Source: Candidatus Methylomirabilota bacterium | GTDB lineage: Bacteria > Methylomirabilota > Methylomirabilia > Rokubacteriales > CSP1-6 | Length of the DNA: 27,305 nt | Direction of reading: 5' to 3' | Assembly: GCA_046726415.1 (NCBI GenBank) | Contig: JBKPAK010000338.1 | Location: 1 to 27,305, forward strand | Shown here: positions 25,634 to 27,305 of the stretch, in pieces | Layout of the letters: each line of letters opens with the position of its first letter | Position numbering within the stretch: position 1 is the stretch's first letter | Position numbers and translations under genes: made by a program | Notes under the pieces: generated by a model | The model's database searches: none | The model's input: the letters and a program-made list of their open reading frames with translations, nothing else | Told to the model about the DNA's origin: nothing

Positions 25634-26647
25634 ATGCGCATCGGGTTCCACCTCACGCCGTTCTGGAGTCCGACCGATCGCCCGCCTTCCCAGATCATCG
25701 ACGAGGCCATCGAGGTCGTCGCCGCCGCGTCGCGGATGGGCTACGCCTGGGTGTCGATCGGTCACCACGTCCTCTCGCATCCCACCGTCTGGCCCCAGCC
25801 GTTCCCCATGCTGGCCCGGCTGGCGCCCGAGACCGGGCGCATGCGGCTCAAGACGTCGATGCTCCTGCTGCCGATCGTGGACGCGATCGACGCCGCCGAG
25901 AACGTGGCGACGCTCGATCACATCAGCCACGGGCGCCTGGACGTCGGCGTCGCCGTCGGCTATCGCGAGAAGGAGCTGGAAACGGTGGGACTCGCGCGGA
26001 GCGATCGCGTCCCCAAGCTCGAGGAGTCGCTCGCCCTGATGAAGCGCTTGTGGTCCGGCGACGAGGTGACGTTCGAGGGCCGGTACACGCGGGTGACTGC
26101 GGCGCGGATGGGCTTCACGACGTACCAGAAGCCGCATCCGCCGATCGAGATGGGAGCCCAGAGCGTTGGCGCGACCCGCCGCGCCGCGCGCCTGGCCGAC
26201 AGCGTGTTCTTCGGACCGCAGATCTCCTGGGAGTCCGTGGCCAAGCTCAGCGCGGTGTTCCGCGAGGCGCGGCAGGAGGCCGGGCACACCACCCCGGGAT
26301 CTGTCGGCGCCTCCCGCGCCCTCGTCGTGGGGCCCAGCCGTGAGGTGGCGGCCACCGCAGCGCATGCCTATCTCGAGCGGACGTTTTCGATGTACCGGAC
26401 GTGGGACATGCAGGAGGCCACCATGATGCCGCTCCAGCTCGGCTTCGACGCGCCGCTGGAGAGCTGGACCGTGTGTGGCTCACCGGCGGACTGCCTGGAA
26501 ACGCTGGCGCGCGCCGACGGCATGGGCGTCGACGCCATCGGCTTCACCATCTACAGCCTGCCCCGCACGGCGCAAGCGCGCATCGAGTACCTCCAGATGA
26601 TCGCGGACGAGATCCTCCGCCCGGCCGGAACGCTCGCGGTGGCATGA
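25634..26647 (+). CDS. LLM-class (luciferase-like) flavin-dependent oxidoreductase
   Basis: GAAGGAG RBS. Motifs AENVATLDHISHGRLDVGVAVGYR..E, QKPHPPI, RRAARLAD and GSPADC. Confidence 0.92.
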   Translation: MRIGFHLTPFWSPTDRPPSQIIDEAIEVVAAASRMGYAWVSIGHHVLSHPTVWPQPFPMLARLAPETGRMRLKTSMLLLPIVDAIDAAENVATLDHISHGRLDVGVAVGYREKELETVGLARSDRVPKLEESLALMKRLWSGDEVTFEGRYTRVTAARMGFTTYQKPHPPIEMGAQSVGATRRAARLADSVFFGPQISWESVAKLSAVFREARQEAGHTTPGSVGASRALVVGPSREVAATAAHAYLERTFSMYRTWDMQEATMMPLQLGFDAPLESWTVCGSPADCLETLARADGMGVDAIGFTIYSLPRTAQARIEYLQMIADEILRPAGTLAVA

Positions 26648-27096
26648 CGGTCGATCGCCAGGTGACGATTGCCGTGACGCCCCAACGGGTGTGGGACTTC
26701 CTGTGGGACGTGCCCAAGCTCGCGGCCTGCATCCCGGGCGCGAGGGACGTCCGCACCGTGGAGGAGGGGCAGCGCTACACCGCCGTGGTTGGCGACAAGG
26801 TCGGACCTTTCCGGGTGCAGTTCCCCCTCCAGATCGACGTGCTCGAGGTCGAGCCGCCCACGCGGCTGCGCGCCCGGGCCGGTGGCCGAGACGCGGCCGT
26901 CGATGGAATCGTGAAGGTGGATCTCGACGTGTCGCTGGCCCCGGTCGCGGGCGGGACGGCGCTGCGCCTGCTGGCCGACATCTCTGTGCTGGGAAAGCTG
27001 GGGACGCTCGGCCACAGCGTAATCGCCCGCAAGGGCACCGACATCGTCGAGCGCTTCGCCGCGGCCGTCCGTACGCGGCTAGAGACGCCGGCCTGA
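26644..27096 (+). CDS. coxG: CoxG / SRPBCC-family protein
   Basis: Motifs VWDFLWD...LAACIPG, KVGPF and GKLGTLG. ATGA overlap with the LLM gene. Confidence 0.85.
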   Translation: MTVDRQVTIAVTPQRVWDFLWDVPKLAACIPGARDVRTVEEGQRYTAVVGDKVGPFRVQFPLQIDVLEVEPPTRLRARAGGRDAAVDGIVKVDLDVSLAPVAGGTALRLLADISVLGKLGTLGHSVIARKGTDIVERFAAAVRTRLETPA

Positions 27097-27099
27097 CCC

Positions 27100-27305
27100 A
27101 TGCTCAAGCCCTTCAAGCTGTGCGAGCCGCGCTCAGTGGCCGAGGCCTCAGAGCTGCTAGCGAGCTACGGCGATCGCGCGCGCATCTACGCTGGCGGCAC
27201 CGAGCTGATCCTCGCCATGAAGGAAGGCCTGCTGCACTACGAGGTCCTGGTGAACGTCAAGACGGTCGCCGCCCTCACCGGGGTTCGCCCCGGACGCGAC
27301 GGCGG
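27100..27305 (+). CDS. Xanthine dehydrogenase/CoxM-family FAD-binding subunit, 5' part (runs off the window)
   Basis: MLKPFKLCEPRSVAEASELLASYGDRARIYAGGTELILAMKEG...LVNVK, containing the AGGT FAD-binding motif. Not in the ORF track because it has no stop. Confidence 0.85.
   Translation, partial: MLKPFKLCEPRSVAEASELLASYGDRARIYAGGTELILAMKEGLLHYEVLVNVKTVAALTGVRPGRDG

Noticed and set aside
9491..26365. Long antisense or alternate-frame ORFs (e.g. 9491-10690 +, 15043-16473 +, 15644-17032 -, 19762-21084 +, 25157-26365 -)
   Set aside because: Shadow ORFs expected in high-GC DNA opposite genes with clear family motifs.

Overview
High-GC bacterial genomic window with no rRNA, tRNA or CRISPR array visible. 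Gene content and intergenic GC hairpins suggest a soil lineage such as Ca. Rokubacteria/Methylomirabilota (inference only). From left to right it holds six blocks. (1) About 1-4400 is a decaying accessory segment: a secreted Asp-box (BNR/sialidase-like) beta-propeller protein, IS630-like and IS21 transposase remnants, a small secreted CxxC protein, a DinB-family gene and a doubly frameshifted VapC toxin preceded by a 20-codon ORF. (2) A stand-alone xanthine dehydrogenase/CoxL-family molybdoprotein large subunit. (3) The most interesting unit, about 7100-11700: two divergently transcribed paralogous small secreted DUF1344-like proteins, each with a near-consensus sigma54 (-24/-12) promoter. They sit directly beside a translationally coupled operon of HAMP histidine kinase, sigma54 enhancer-binding response regulator and lipoprotein trypsin-like protease. 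(4) thiE, an alpha/beta-hydrolase plus CoA-transferase pair, an NMT1/THI5-type ABC transporter containing an internally deleted amidohydrolase, a PhyH-family dioxygenase and a stand-alone 5'-3' exonuclease. (5) A near-consensus sigma70 promoter with three phased ~30-bp repeats upstream, driving a Liv-type ABC operon. (6) A luciferase-like monooxygenase, coxG and the start of a coxM-like FAD subunit. Three frameshifts fall in G/C homopolymers and may be sequencing errors. All family assignments come from motif recognition by eye, not database searches.
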